NCBI GenBank assembly: GCA_002841155.1
Contig: PHEH01000001.1
Coordinates: forward strand, 297,825-361,824
Source of the DNA: Alphaproteobacteria bacterium HGW-Alphaproteobacteria-18
Lineage (GTDB): Bacteria > Pseudomonadota > Alphaproteobacteria > Caulobacterales > Hyphomonadaceae
DNA length: 64,000 nucleotides
Direction: 5' to 3'
This document shows, piece after piece, positions 9,720 through 19,526 of the stretch (position 1 is the stretch's first letter; each line of letters starts with the position of its first letter). The notes beneath the pieces were generated by a model. That model was not told the origin of the DNA, searched no databases, and saw only the letters and a program-made list of their open reading frames with translations. The position numbers were made by a program, and so were the translations under genes.

Positions 9720-10816
9720 GGAACCGGCTCCAGTGTAATCTGTGTAAGAGTGCCTGTGTCTTGCGCGGAAGTGGTTGCCGCTGCTTGAAAGCCTCCGCTT
9801 TGAAGGAAGGCAACGATCAGGCTGGTATCGTCCTGCGAGGGGCTATTCAGCGCTGCGGTTAAGCGGCTGGTCTGCGCATCAAAGTTCAGTTCTGTGATGC
9901 TCACTCCCGAACGGGAGGCAATCGCTTCATACAACGTGGCAACAGATATGCGAAAGTCGATCGTATCAGGAGCAGAGACAGCTGCGAGCATGTCTCTGGT
10001 CTCCCGATCAATGTCAGGGGGTATGGCGGCCGCCGGAAAAATTGCGGCGTAGCGCTCAACGGCCCGTTTATTCAGTAGCTCGGTTGCATAGTTGTAATTA
10101 CGCGCTTCGAGGATCAATGTTCCGGTCCATACAGAGACGGCCGCGATGCCAATACCTGCGGCCTTACGCCAGGTGCTGACGCCCTGTTTTGCGTTTCGGG
10201 GAAGAGAAAAGATCCCGGTCCTGAGGTTTGTGCCGGTCCGCGTGGCGCTGCGTTCGGCAAGGCGTATAAGATGCAGTCCATCTTCAAGGCCTGCCATGTC
10301 AGATGGCGCTGAGAACACATCTCGCGCATCCTTAGGAAGCGCGGCATCAATACCGACAATTCTGTTCCCTTCCCGTTGAATGATGCGATCACCTAAATCC
10401 ACGGGATGCTCAATGTCCGTGAACAGACACTGCTCAGGAAATACCCTTCCTGGTGAGAGCCCAGCCTTTGAAAGCAGGTCGAGCCAGGATTTCATCAACT
10501 GCTTGTCGACGACATAGATGTCCCGCTCTGATGAACCTTTTGAGCGCGGCCCCAGAACCAGGTGGATATCTTCGACGGGCTGAGCGAGTTCATCTTCAAT
10601 CGCATAAAGCGCAGCGCGGGAGGCTTCTATTTCATTGCGGGAAGGTATGGAGACACGAAAGTGTCCCACCATCGTCGCTGGGGCAAATGCAATGCAGTCT
10701 ACGGCGCCGAAGGGGCCGCGGTGATGGATCACTTCCAGACGGTCGCCGTGCTCCCGAGCGATCTGGAGCTGACCATCAGGGGCTGCGGGGAGAGCCACAT
10801 AGAGAACGGATTTCAC
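9716..10816 (-). CDS. gspL: Type II secretion protein L
   Basis: AALYAIEDELAQPVEDIHL, W...L..AGL..GRVFPE, NLRTG.F...WRKAA plus TM; GTG start overlaps the gspK stop. Confidence 0.9.
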   Translation of the reverse strand: MKSVLYVALPAAPDGQLQIAREHGDRLEVIHHRGPFGAVDCIAFAPATMVGHFRVSIPSRNEIEASRAALYAIEDELAQPVEDIHLVLGPRSKGSSERDIYVVDKQLMKSWLDLLSKAGLSPGRVFPEQCLFTDIEHPVDLGDRIIQREGNRIVGIDAALPKDARDVFSAPSDMAGLEDGLHLIRLAERSATRTGTNLRTGIFSLPRNAKQGVSTWRKAAGIGIAAVSVWTGTLILEARNYNYATELLNKRAVERYAAIFPAAAIPPDIDRETRDMLAAVSAPDTIDFRISVATLYEAIASRSGVSITELNFDAQTSRLTAALNSPSQDDTSLIVAFLQSGGFQAAATTSAQDTGTLTQITLEPVP

Positions 10817-11787
10817 TATTCTTCTCCCATACGGCGCCAGACTGTCCGGGGAGTGTTCCCGCTGTCAGCAGTAATGATGAAGGAGAATGGCCAGCTTCCG
10901 CCGTCAAGGGTCGCCTGGCCTTCGGCTAGAAAGTGGCTGCTGGTTATGGACAAGGCTTCGGTCCGTTTCTGACCTTCAGGTATCGTGCGGATGTCAGGAA
11001 GCGCTTCGAACTGGTCTACGCCAGACCACCCAGATTGCGGACGATCTTCCAATATGCGCATGGCTGCCGCCAAGGTGAGGGCGTTCGAATAGGCCACTCT
11101 CAGAAGGGCGGCCTGATCCGGCGCGAGCGTATTGATGTTTAGACGGGTCATCTTGGTATCCGGTCGCGCGCAGATGAGAGGAGCCAGCGCCTCTCGCAAC
11201 TCCTTTGTATAGCCCATTACAGAGGCGAGTTCGCGGGGGCTGTCCATTGGCTGGTTTGCCGCGCGGTAGGCGGGCCTCAATGTAAGGTAATAGCCGTCTT
11301 CCGCGCTACCTTGTCGAGTGGCGCTGTCTGCGTCCAGCCAGTCGGCAAGCGTGTTGGCGAGATTGTTTGCCTCTGTGGCTGAAATCTCGAGATCCTGAAG
11401 GAGCGTGGCCCAGGATAGGCGGGCGAAAGTGGCCGCGCCCTCATCTGGATTCCCCAGCGCATTGATATTGAAGCAATTTTCGGCCTCCTTGACCTTTAGC
11501 GCGACAATGCCACCCCGAACCGGAATTATAACGGGTTCCCCCAGTCCGGTCGCGGCTGAGGTGAGTTGCCCATTTGTGACCGTAGATATCTCCTGGACAG
11601 CGCTCAGCGCGAGCGCTTCGGCTGAATAGGCCGCCCAACTCGCATCGGACCTGCGGGATGCAGCTTTGGCAAGATCTGTCTGCCGGGCGATGGCCGTGAT
11701 TGCAATCACAGCAGCAACGGCAAGGGCGGCCACGATCAGCATGATGGACAGCAAGGCTGCGCCGCGTTGGGGATCAGCTTGTATCAT
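10816..11787 (-). CDS. gspK: Type II secretion minor pseudopilin K
   Basis: QRG/AALL prepilin-like site, CFNINAL, LADWLDAD...GSAED, LNINT. Confidence 0.94.
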   Translation of the reverse strand: MIQADPQRGAALLSIMLIVAALAVAAVIAITAIARQTDLAKAASRRSDASWAAYSAEALALSAVQEISTVTNGQLTSAATGLGEPVIIPVRGGIVALKVKEAENCFNINALGNPDEGAATFARLSWATLLQDLEISATEANNLANTLADWLDADSATRQGSAEDGYYLTLRPAYRAANQPMDSPRELASVMGYTKELREALAPLICARPDTKMTRLNINTLAPDQAALLRVAYSNALTLAAAMRILEDRPQSGWSGVDQFEALPDIRTIPEGQKRTEALSITSSHFLAEGQATLDGGSWPFSFIITADSGNTPRTVWRRMGEE

Positions 11788-12404
11788 TCACGCAGGCCTA
11801 TGCGGAAGAGGGCAGTAAGCGTGTCATCCTGCCCAAAAGAGAAGGTGAATTCAATCTTGTCCGGAAGCGGAGTATCTGGTGTGCTAGCGAGAACGATCCA
11901 GTCGGGCTTCCAGCTTTGTTCCCGTCCATATCTTACGGCAACGTCTTCAATGCCGGTGAACAATGTCTGTTCTGCAATGGCGGTGCCTGGTCCTGCATCA
12001 GGTGAACTCCACGACCGGCGGATCAGAGCGCCATCAAGAAAGCGGTACTCCACGCGTTGCAGGTCGCTGCGGGGGTAACCAGCGGGATTTGGCCAGCCAT
12101 TGCGAACGAAGGTTACGATACGGCCATCGAAACGAACCGGGTAACCTTCAAACAGCATCGGCATTTCCCCGCTGCCATCCAAACGGCTGGGACGAACAGC
12201 GAAAGCAGCAAAATCATCACGCAGTATGGATAGCGCTGTTTGCAACTCCGTTGCATCGGAGCCGCGTTCTTCAATGATACGGGTCCCGCGCAGGGACTGA
12301 GTGAGCATGATGCCGCCTGCTGTCGCAAGAAGGGCTACGACAAAAAGCGCAATCATGGTCTCCACAAGGGAAATGCCCGACTGGGGCGTGGGAGGGGTGC
12401 TCAT
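11784..12404 (-). CDS. gspJ: Type II secretion minor pseudopilin J
   Basis: QSG/ISLVE N-methylation site; VRNGWPNP...RSDLQRVEYR, LIRRSW. Confidence 0.94.
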   Translation of the reverse strand: MSTPPTPQSGISLVETMIALFVVALLATAGGIMLTQSLRGTRIIEERGSDATELQTALSILRDDFAAFAVRPSRLDGSGEMPMLFEGYPVRFDGRIVTFVRNGWPNPAGYPRSDLQRVEYRFLDGALIRRSWSSPDAGPGTAIAEQTLFTGIEDVAVRYGREQSWKPDWIVLASTPDTPLPDKIEFTFSFGQDDTLTALFRIGLRE

Positions 12405-12772
12405 GTTTCCCTCCTGATACGATGCAGAATCGTGATTTCACTGAGGACTGCTTCCTCGTTTTTCACTCGTACACGGATAGCAATTTCGATAAGGTCTTCT
12501 CGAGGCGCAGGTGTGATGAGACGCTCCCATTCATAACTGCGCTGCCGTTGGGTTTCCTCGCCGGCACTCATGCCTATGATCTGTAGCTGCGGATCTGTAA
12601 CCGTACGAACGGCAATGTTTTCGGCAACCTGCCGCGCAAGTATGCGGTCTCCGAGTTGCGAACTGATGCGTATGCTGTTTGTGTTAAGCGATATCAGCCC
12701 AACAGCGGCCGTTGAAAAAACAGCAATCGCAACAAGGGCTTCCATCAGGGAAAAACCGCGCTGACCGTTCAT
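12401..12772 (-). CDS. gspI: Type II secretion minor pseudopilin I
   Basis: QRG/FSLMEALVAIAVF, 123 aa. Confidence 0.93.
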   Translation of the reverse strand: MNGQRGFSLMEALVAIAVFSTAAVGLISLNTNSIRISSQLGDRILARQVAENIAVRTVTDPQLQIIGMSAGEETQRQRSYEWERLITPAPREDLIEIAIRVRVKNEEAVLSEITILHRIRRET

Positions 12773-13278
12773 CAGCGTACCTCGATTGCAACATGGCCAT
12801 CAGGCTGCAGCGTCAGGATTGTGACAGAGTTCTGCCGGGCCAGTTCAATGGAAACAGGATATGTATGGCCAAGCGGGTCAAAGATAACCGCCGGCACGAG
12901 AGGGGATTTTTCATCCTTTGGCGCAGGATGTTTCCCGTCTATCTGGATGTAAATGTCCTGAGGCAGTTGATATCGCGTCACAAGACGCCAGGTACCATTC
13001 TGCCAAATTGCAGACGAGTAGCTTTGTCCCTCGATCAACAGACCCATAGGTTGCCCCGTCAACATCGAGCGGCTTGCCGTGTGCTCAAGCGCTTCCCGGA
13101 GAAGGTCAGCCTCCTGCTTGTAAATCTGCCGTGTGGGAATAGTCAGCAGGATCAGTGTGGTGGCCACGGCAATGATAGAGAGGGTGACCATGATCTCCAC
13201 CAGAGACAGTCCAGCCTCCGGCTTGCGCTTTGACGCATGGGAGAGAGTCTCTGTCACTGGGGAGAGATCACAGTCCAC
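12772..13278 (-). CDS. gspH: Type II secretion minor pseudopilin H (start codon uncertain)
   Basis: EAG/LSLVEIMVTLSII; located between gspG and gspI. Confidence 0.88.
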   Translation of the reverse strand: MDCDLSPVTETLSHASKRKPEAGLSLVEIMVTLSIIAVATTLILLTIPTRQIYKQEADLLREALEHTASRSMLTGQPMGLLIEGQSYSSAIWQNGTWRLVTRYQLPQDIYIQIDGKHPAPKDEKSPLVPAVIFDPLGHTYPVSIELARQNSVTILTLQPDGHVAIEVR

Positions 13279-13286
13279 GGATGGGC

Positions 13287-13745
13287 TCAGTCCCAGTTGC
13301 CGATGTCGGCGTCGTTGCCCTCGCCGCCGGGCTTTCCGTCTGCGCCAAAGGAGAACACGTCAAAACGCCCGCCGGAGCGCACACCTGGAAATGTGTACTG
13401 GTAGGGATTGCCCCAAGGGTCGTTCTGGACGCGGCGGATATAACCTCCGGGCCGGTAGAGGGTGGCATCTACGCCAGCGGGCGGGGCGGAGAGAGCAGCC
13501 AGCCCCTGCTGTGTTGAGGGATAGGTGTAGAGGTCGAGGCTGTATTGCTCGAGCGCATTTTCGAGATTTGAAATGTCGGCCTTTGCCTTGGTGACGCGCG
13601 ACCGGTCGCCGACCGGGGCGACATTGACGATGATCAGGGTCGCCAGAAGGCCCATAATGAAGACGACCACCATGAGTTCGACGAGAGAGAAACCCGCCTG
13701 TTTGCGGCGGCTTTCTTCAGTATGTGTTTCAGTTTCCGGGGACAT
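13287..13745 (-). CDS. gspG: Type II secretion major pseudopilin G
   Basis: QAG/FSLVELMVV, LEQYSLD...YPSTQQGLAAL, DPWGNPYQY, GADGKPGGEGNDADI. Confidence 0.98.
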   Translation of the reverse strand: MSPETETHTEESRRKQAGFSLVELMVVVFIMGLLATLIIVNVAPVGDRSRVTKAKADISNLENALEQYSLDLYTYPSTQQGLAALSAPPAGVDATLYRPGGYIRRVQNDPWGNPYQYTFPGVRSGGRFDVFSFGADGKPGGEGNDADIGNWD

Positions 13746-13757
13746 GAAGACGCTCCT

Positions 13758-14969
13758 TTATCCGAGGGCGAGAGTGTTGAGCTGCATGATCGGCAGCATG
13801 ATCGAGAGAACAATGGTGCCGACAATCCCGCCCAGGAAGATGATGATCATGGGTTCGAGGAGGCCGAGGGCAACATTGGTGGCGGTTTCAAATTCGTCTT
13901 CGAGAAAATCGGCAGCGCGGTTCATCATGGCGGGGACGTTGCGGGCAGCTTCGCCGCTGGCGACCATGTGGACCATCATCTGGGGGAAGACCCCGGTGGA
14001 TTTCATGGCCGAGGAGAGCGCGCCGCCGCGCTGGACGATCTCCAGTATCTGATCGGCTGCGGATCGAAACACCATATTTCCCATGGCGTTACGGGCGCCC
14101 GACAGGCTTTCCAGAACCGTGGCGCCTGCGCCGGACATGGTGGCATAGATGCGGGAAAAGCGGGCGGCGGAAACTTTCCGGCTCATGTCTCCGAAGAAGG
14201 GAATGCGTAGGACGAAGGCGTCCCAGCGACGTTTCCAGGCGGGAATTTTCAGGACCCGCGACAGCAAAACCAGGACAATTGCGGTCACAATCAGGACAAC
14301 CAGCCCCCAATCCCGGACAAATCCGGACAATCCGATGACAAATTGGGTCAGCGGCGGCAGCTCATTGGCGCCGAGCATGGCAAACTGCTCGACCAGCTTG
14401 GGCACGACCCAGACCATCAGGGCAGTGACCATCAGCGTGGCCATGATGCCAAGGATTGCCGGATAGATCAGAGCTGAGCGCACCAGCGTGCGAAGCCGGT
14501 AACTGCGCTCAAGATGATGGGCAAGCTGATCGAGAACGAGGCCGAGCCGCCCGGACGATTCACCCGATGAGACAACCGCGCGGAAGAGTGGCGGAAAGGC
14601 GCGAGGGGCGGCGCGCATGGCTTCGGCGAGGGTGGAGCCTTCCATCACCTGCGAGCGGACGCCGAGGAGGAGGCCGCGCTGAGGCGAGGCATCGCTGTCG
14701 CCAGCAGCGGCCGTGAGGGCCTGTTCAACCGTCATGCCTGAAGAGACGAGGACGGCGAGCTGGCGCGTCAGGAGCGTGCGGTCCTTTTCGCTGAGCCGGC
14801 CAGCGCCGGCAAAGCCCAACGCTTTTTCGCCGCGGGCTTCGCTGATCGAAACGGGCGTGAGCTGGCGATCGCGAAGTTCGCGCCGCGCGGCGCGGGCGGT
14901 GTCAGCGGAGATGACGCCGCTGGTGCGCCGGCCATTTGCCGTCAGGGCTTTGTATTCAAACGCTGCCAC
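13758..14969 (-). CDS. gspF: Type II secretion inner-membrane platform protein F
   Basis: GTG start at 14969 (MAAFEYKAL); FTRQL-like LTRQLAVLVSSG, GESSGRL, ALIYP, LLEP...SIMLPI. Confidence 0.97.
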   Translation of the reverse strand: MAAFEYKALTANGRRTSGVISADTARAARRELRDRQLTPVSISEARGEKALGFAGAGRLSEKDRTLLTRQLAVLVSSGMTVEQALTAAAGDSDASPQRGLLLGVRSQVMEGSTLAEAMRAAPRAFPPLFRAVVSSGESSGRLGLVLDQLAHHLERSYRLRTLVRSALIYPAILGIMATLMVTALMVWVVPKLVEQFAMLGANELPPLTQFVIGLSGFVRDWGLVVLIVTAIVLVLLSRVLKIPAWKRRWDAFVLRIPFFGDMSRKVSAARFSRIYATMSGAGATVLESLSGARNAMGNMVFRSAADQILEIVQRGGALSSAMKSTGVFPQMMVHMVASGEAARNVPAMMNRAADFLEDEFETATNVALGLLEPMIIIFLGGIVGTIVLSIMLPIMQLNTLALG

Positions 14970-16446
14970 CGAACCACGCCTCCCGGCGGCAGACGTGCAG
15001 CAGCTCCTCAGCACTCGAGTCGCCGCTCAGCACATGCCGCAATCCGTTCTGGAAAAGCATATCAGATTTGGCAAAGGCTGTGCGCTCAATCTGCTCTTCG
15101 GTCGCGCCGTCATGGATCATCCGGCGGATCGCCGTGTCCACGAGCAGCAGCTCATAGACGCCAAGCCGGCCTTCATACCCGGTCTGGCCGCAGGCTGGGC
15201 AGCCTGTGGGGCGATAGAGGGTGAGGTCTTCCCGGTTCTCTAAGCCGAGCCGCTCCAGCAGGGCGGGCGGGGGCGCATACGCCTCTTTGCAGTGAATGCA
15301 GAGCCGCCGGATCAGCCTTTGGGCGAGGATGGCGCGAAGGGTTGAGGCCAGGAGGAAGCTTTCCACGCCCATATCGCGCAGGCGGGTGATCGCGCCGGCA
15401 GAGCTGTTCGTGTGGATGGTGGAAAGGGCAAGACGCCCGGTGAGGGCAAACTCCAGCGCGACCTCAGCCGTTTCCGCATCCCGGATCTCGCCGACCATGA
15501 CAATATTTGGATCATTCCGGAGGATGGAGCGCAGCGTGGCGGCAAAGGTGAGGCCGACCTTATGGTCCATCGGCGTCTGGCTGATCCCGTCCAGGCCGTA
15601 CTCAACGGGGTCTTCCAGGGTCATGATGTTGACCCGGCCGGTATTGAGCTGGGCGAGGGCGGAATAGAGCGTGGTTGTCTTGCCCGAGCCGGTTGGCCCG
15701 GTGACGAGGATAACCCCGTTGGGTTCACTCAGCGCGGTGCGGAACCGCTTTTCGGTATCAGAGTCCATCCCAAGGGTTTCGAGCCCCAGCAGGGCCTGTT
15801 TTGTATCCAGGATACGCAAGGCAACGCGCTCGCCATAGCGTGTGGGAAGCGTTGCCACACGCACATCCAGCGCGCGGCCACCCAGCGTCAGCGAGATGCG
15901 CCCATCCTGTGGCATGCGTTTCTCGGCAATATCGAGACGGCTCATCACCTTGATGCGCGAGACCAGCGGAGCGGCAACGCGGCGGGACGCGGTGAAAACT
16001 TCCTGCAATTCGCCATCAATGCGGTAGCGAACCGACAGTTTATCCTCGAAGGGATCAATATGGATATCCGACGCGCGGCGCCGGATGGCATCCTGGAGCA
16101 GGCCATTGATCAAGGTGATGATCGGGGCGTCCGTATCGCCTGCGAGAAGGTCTTCCGTTTGCGGAAGGCCGTCAAACAGGCTCTCGAGATCTCCGCCTGT
16201 TCCGGCGGCGGCTTCTGCGGCGCTGCCGTCGAGGCGCGACTGGCCGAAACTTTCAGATAGCTGACGTTCGTACTGGGCCGGGCTCATGGCCTCCAGATGC
16301 ACTGGTAACCCGGCGACACGGCGTGCTTCGATCAGGGCAGTGGGGTCTGCGCCTTCACGAACCGCAAATGTCAGTTCTGACCTATCCGGCACGACGACAA
16401 TCCCCTTGTCCCGGGCGAATGCATAGGTGACCTGAGCGCGCGTCAT
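14956..16446 (-). CDS. gspE: Type II secretion ATPase E
   Basis: ASDIHIDP, Walker A GPTGSGKTTT, LEDPVEY, MVGEIRD, tetracysteine CIHC...CPAC; start MTRAQV (ATG 16446). Confidence 0.97.
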   Translation of the reverse strand: MTRAQVTYAFARDKGIVVVPDRSELTFAVREGADPTALIEARRVAGLPVHLEAMSPAQYERQLSESFGQSRLDGSAAEAAAGTGGDLESLFDGLPQTEDLLAGDTDAPIITLINGLLQDAIRRRASDIHIDPFEDKLSVRYRIDGELQEVFTASRRVAAPLVSRIKVMSRLDIAEKRMPQDGRISLTLGGRALDVRVATLPTRYGERVALRILDTKQALLGLETLGMDSDTEKRFRTALSEPNGVILVTGPTGSGKTTTLYSALAQLNTGRVNIMTLEDPVEYGLDGISQTPMDHKVGLTFAATLRSILRNDPNIVMVGEIRDAETAEVALEFALTGRLALSTIHTNSSAGAITRLRDMGVESFLLASTLRAILAQRLIRRLCIHCKEAYAPPPALLERLGLENREDLTLYRPTGCPACGQTGYEGRLGVYELLLVDTAIRRMIHDGATEEQIERTAFAKSDMLFQNGLRHVLSGDSSAEELLHVCRREAWFGGSV

Positions 16447-16453
16447 CAGACTG

Positions 16454-18415
16454 TTATCGCGGAGGCTGGACCGCTGGGAAAGCCGGTCCGCCTGTGCCGA
16501 GAACTTCACGGATATACTGATCGATTGTGCCGCCGGGGACTTGTTCCCGCATCAGTTCTTCAGCCTGGACATAAAGGTATTTCTGCTGTGTGACCGCCTG
16601 CGCGTCAGCCTTGCTGCGCACAATTGTGGGGCGGATGAAGACCATGAGGTTGCGGCGCGTGGCCGCCTTGCCTTCAGAACGGAACAGGCGCCCGACAGCG
16701 GGGATGTCGCCAAGAATGGGCACCTTCGTGTCGCGAACGGTGTCGGTCTGTTCGACGAGTCCTCCGAGGACAATGATCTCGCCATCGTCTGCCAGCACGC
16801 TTGCGCGAATTTCACGCTTGTCGAGGATCAGGTCTGGTGTAACCGTGCCAACACTGCCGAAGACGCTGGAAACTTCCTGACGGATATCGAGGCGAACGGT
16901 GTTGTTCTCGCCGATACGCGGGGTGACTTCGAGCTGGATGCCGACATCCTTACGCTCGACCGTACGGAATGGGTTGGAGTTGGCATCCCCCAGAACCTGG
17001 CCCGTGGTGACCGGGATTTCCTGGCCCACGATGAGGGCGGAAGTCGCATTGTTCAGTGTCATTCCAAAAGGCGTAGACAGGATGCGCGAGGTTGTGTCGT
17101 CCTGCACGGCATTCAGGATTACGCCGAAAAGGTTGTCACCCGAAGTTCCGCCAAATCCGAGCGTCAGACCCGAAGAACCCGTCAGTGAGCTGATTGCGGC
17201 CTCACGGAAGGGGTTGGCCGCAGTGGGATCTTCAAAGGCGCCCGTAACAAGCGCGCCCGTCAGCGCCAGAAGATTCGGCGCCGCGCGAGAGAAGTTTGTT
17301 GATGCAAAAGGAACATCTCCCCCTGTGCCCGACAGAAGGAATTGCAGGCCGAGTTCGCGTGCCGCGTCATCGGACATTTCAACAATGATCGCCTCCACCA
17401 TCACCTGAGGGCGGCGGACATCTAGCGCGCTGACGACCCGCTCCATCGCAAGAATGGTTTCCGGATTGGCGCTGATGATGAGCGAATTTGTTGGCCCATG
17501 GTGGGCGATAGTCTGGGCAACGGGGGCCGTCTCAGCCGGAGAGCGCTGCATTGCCATGCTGTTGGCCACGCGCTCCAGAATAGGGACTACTTCGGCGGCA
17601 TCCGCATAGTTAAGTGTAATCACACGGACATGATCGCGCTGAGGGTTTGTGGCATCGAGTTCAAGAGCAACTTTTTTTGCCCGTTCAACTGATGTGGCAT
17701 CACCCCGCAGGATTATCGAATTGCTGGTGAGGGAGGCAACAGCAGAGAGGCGCGCCTGTGCCTGTCCCTGCTGGCCGCCCGCGTCACCTTGAAGCCGTGT
17801 AAGGACAGACTCCATCTCCACAGCCGGAACATTCACTAGGGGAACAGTAACGATGACCGTTTGATCGCGGTCGAGGGTATCAATGATACGGCGTACACGT
17901 TCCAGATTGGATGCATAGTCGACAACGACCAGCGTATTTGTGCCGGCATTTGCCACAACCTGGCCCTGCGTATCCAGCAGGGGCTTTATCATCTGTGCCG
18001 CTTCCATCGCATTGGCGCGATCCAGCTTGATGACTTCCGTGATGAAGGCATTTGCGCCTGGACCGGACATGGGGGCCTCAGTTGAGGCAATCGCCCTTGG
18101 GACGATGCGGTAGGTGTCCTTGCCGGCCGGGACAGCTGCAAATCCGTGAATGCGGAGCGTTGTCAGGAATACCTGGAAAAGCTCCTGTGTGCTCATCGGT
18201 GTCTGGGAAACGACTGACACACGCGTCTTGCGGACATCAGGATGCGTGACAAAGGTGTAGCCCGTCAGCATGGAGACGTCTTCGATGAGCGTGGTGAGCT
18301 CGACATCCTGAAGGTTCAGAACGTGCTTATCCTGCGAGGGAGCGGGCGCTTGGGCCGTAGCGAATTGTGAGACAGAGAGGGCGGCAGCTGCCGCAAGCAG
18401 TATACGCTTGGTCAT
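16454..18415 (-). CDS. gspD: Type II secretion secretin D
   Basis: Signal peptide, N0-N3 domains, QVMVEAIIVE, GQEIPV, KVPILGDIPAVGRLFRS, NLMVFIRPTI. Confidence 0.98.
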   Translation of the reverse strand: MTKRILLAAAAALSVSQFATAQAPAPSQDKHVLNLQDVELTTLIEDVSMLTGYTFVTHPDVRKTRVSVVSQTPMSTQELFQVFLTTLRIHGFAAVPAGKDTYRIVPRAIASTEAPMSGPGANAFITEVIKLDRANAMEAAQMIKPLLDTQGQVVANAGTNTLVVVDYASNLERVRRIIDTLDRDQTVIVTVPLVNVPAVEMESVLTRLQGDAGGQQGQAQARLSAVASLTSNSIILRGDATSVERAKKVALELDATNPQRDHVRVITLNYADAAEVVPILERVANSMAMQRSPAETAPVAQTIAHHGPTNSLIISANPETILAMERVVSALDVRRPQVMVEAIIVEMSDDAARELGLQFLLSGTGGDVPFASTNFSRAAPNLLALTGALVTGAFEDPTAANPFREAAISSLTGSSGLTLGFGGTSGDNLFGVILNAVQDDTTSRILSTPFGMTLNNATSALIVGQEIPVTTGQVLGDANSNPFRTVERKDVGIQLEVTPRIGENNTVRLDIRQEVSSVFGSVGTVTPDLILDKREIRASVLADDGEIIVLGGLVEQTDTVRDTKVPILGDIPAVGRLFRSEGKAATRRNLMVFIRPTIVRSKADAQAVTQQKYLYVQAEELMREQVPGGTIDQYIREVLGTGGPAFPAVQPPR

Positions 18416-19287
18416 TGAGAGAGGCCGGATTCAGGGGAAAGCCGTAGACGGATAATTGTACCATTGCGAACAACATCAAGCGCGATCGCATCTGAGGACA
18501 TTACAGCAGCCTGGATTGCTTCTGGACCCATGCCTTCAAGGCTGTTTCCGTTGACGCGAAGCACAAGGTCGCCCGCCTCCAGACCTGCGGCCTGGAAATA
18601 ACCCTGGCCACGCGGTGCGAGGCGGTAGCCGGATATGGCGCCATTGCGCAACTCAGGGTACAGATCGATATCTGTCAGCAGGAGCGTAGGCGTAATGGCT
18701 GGTGGCGAGGAAGCACTATCCTGCCTGGAGGATTGCTGCTGCCTGGAAGAGGGCGTTGACGCCGTTTCTGCGCGCGCGCCTTTGGCGGCGAACAGGGGCT
18801 TGCCAGGATCATGCAGAAGAAGTTCCTGCCGCTGTCCATTGAAGCGCAGGAAGATACGGTCTGCGGCGATCGATTCCAGAACCGCGCCAGAAACGATCTG
18901 TTCACCGGCGGCAACGCGTTTTTGGGTGTTGTCAGGCAATATCAGCACAGCGCTGCTCGAATCTGCTGTGCCGTCAGACCAGCGCAAACCGGCAATCTTG
19001 AGATTGAGCGAAGTTGGCACCACAAAATTTGAAGTGGCGTCTGACTCGGCGCGGAAGGGGTCGCTTTGAGTAAGAAGCGCCAGCCTTGAGGTGGTTGCCT
19101 CCGCGCCAGCCAGAGTCGGCATGTGTTGGGCCTGAATGGGCGCGCTTCCAAAGCCCGGCGCTATGACGACCCAGGCAAAGCGCGCCAGCAGAATACCTGT
19201 CGTCAGTGCGAGGGCCGCTTCCAGCGCCGTACGGCCAATCGAACCATACGTCAGACGGACGCCGCCTTCTGGTCCGAAAAGTTTCAT
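18412..19287 (-). CDS. gspC: Type II secretion protein C with C-terminal PDZ domain
   Basis: N-terminal TM, HR domain (AVLI...QKRVAAGEQI...L.FNG..QEL), PDZ GYRL...AAGLEAGDLVLRVNG. Confidence 0.9.
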   Translation of the reverse strand: MKLFGPEGGVRLTYGSIGRTALEAALALTTGILLARFAWVVIAPGFGSAPIQAQHMPTLAGAEATTSRLALLTQSDPFRAESDATSNFVVPTSLNLKIAGLRWSDGTADSSSAVLILPDNTQKRVAAGEQIVSGAVLESIAADRIFLRFNGQRQELLLHDPGKPLFAAKGARAETASTPSSRQQQSSRQDSASSPPAITPTLLLTDIDLYPELRNGAISGYRLAPRGQGYFQAAGLEAGDLVLRVNGNSLEGMGPEAIQAAVMSSDAIALDVVRNGTIIRLRLSPESGLSQ

Positions 19288-19319
19288 CAGCCTTACACTC
19301 CGATTAGGCGGTCAACTTG

Positions 19320-19352
19320 CTTAATCACACTTGTGCGACAGTTCTGAGACGG
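19320..19352 (-). promoter_or_regulatory. Degenerate Pho-box-like 11-bp direct repeats upstream of gspC
   Basis: Minus strand CCGTCTC-AGAA-CTGTCGC-ACAA-GTGTGAT-TAAG. Confidence 0.45.
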
Positions 19353-19450
19353 ATGCTGACCCGCGCGAACTGGAAATCAGCATATCCGGCCTCGACTAGC
19401 ATACGGCTTTCAGTAGCCCGGATCTGGATAGGTTTCACTAAATATTTGAA

Positions 19451-19480
19451 GCGCGGCAGGTAGTTATGCTCCTGCCGCGC
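19451..19480 (-). terminator. Stem-loop after the TBDR gene (probable terminator or stabiliser)
   Basis: GCGCGGCAGG-N10-CCTGCCGCGC perfect 10-bp stem; only a weak U-tail on the minus strand. Confidence 0.5.
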
Positions 19481-19526
19481 CCCGAGAATCAGCTCACTTC
19501 ACCAGTTGAGCGAAAATTAACCAGAG

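Noticed and set aside
13722-17408. Long plus-strand ORFs (13722-14210, 15412-16260, 16541-17188 and others)
   Set aside because: Antisense shadows of gspF/E/D caused by GC-rich codon bias; no motifs or RBS.
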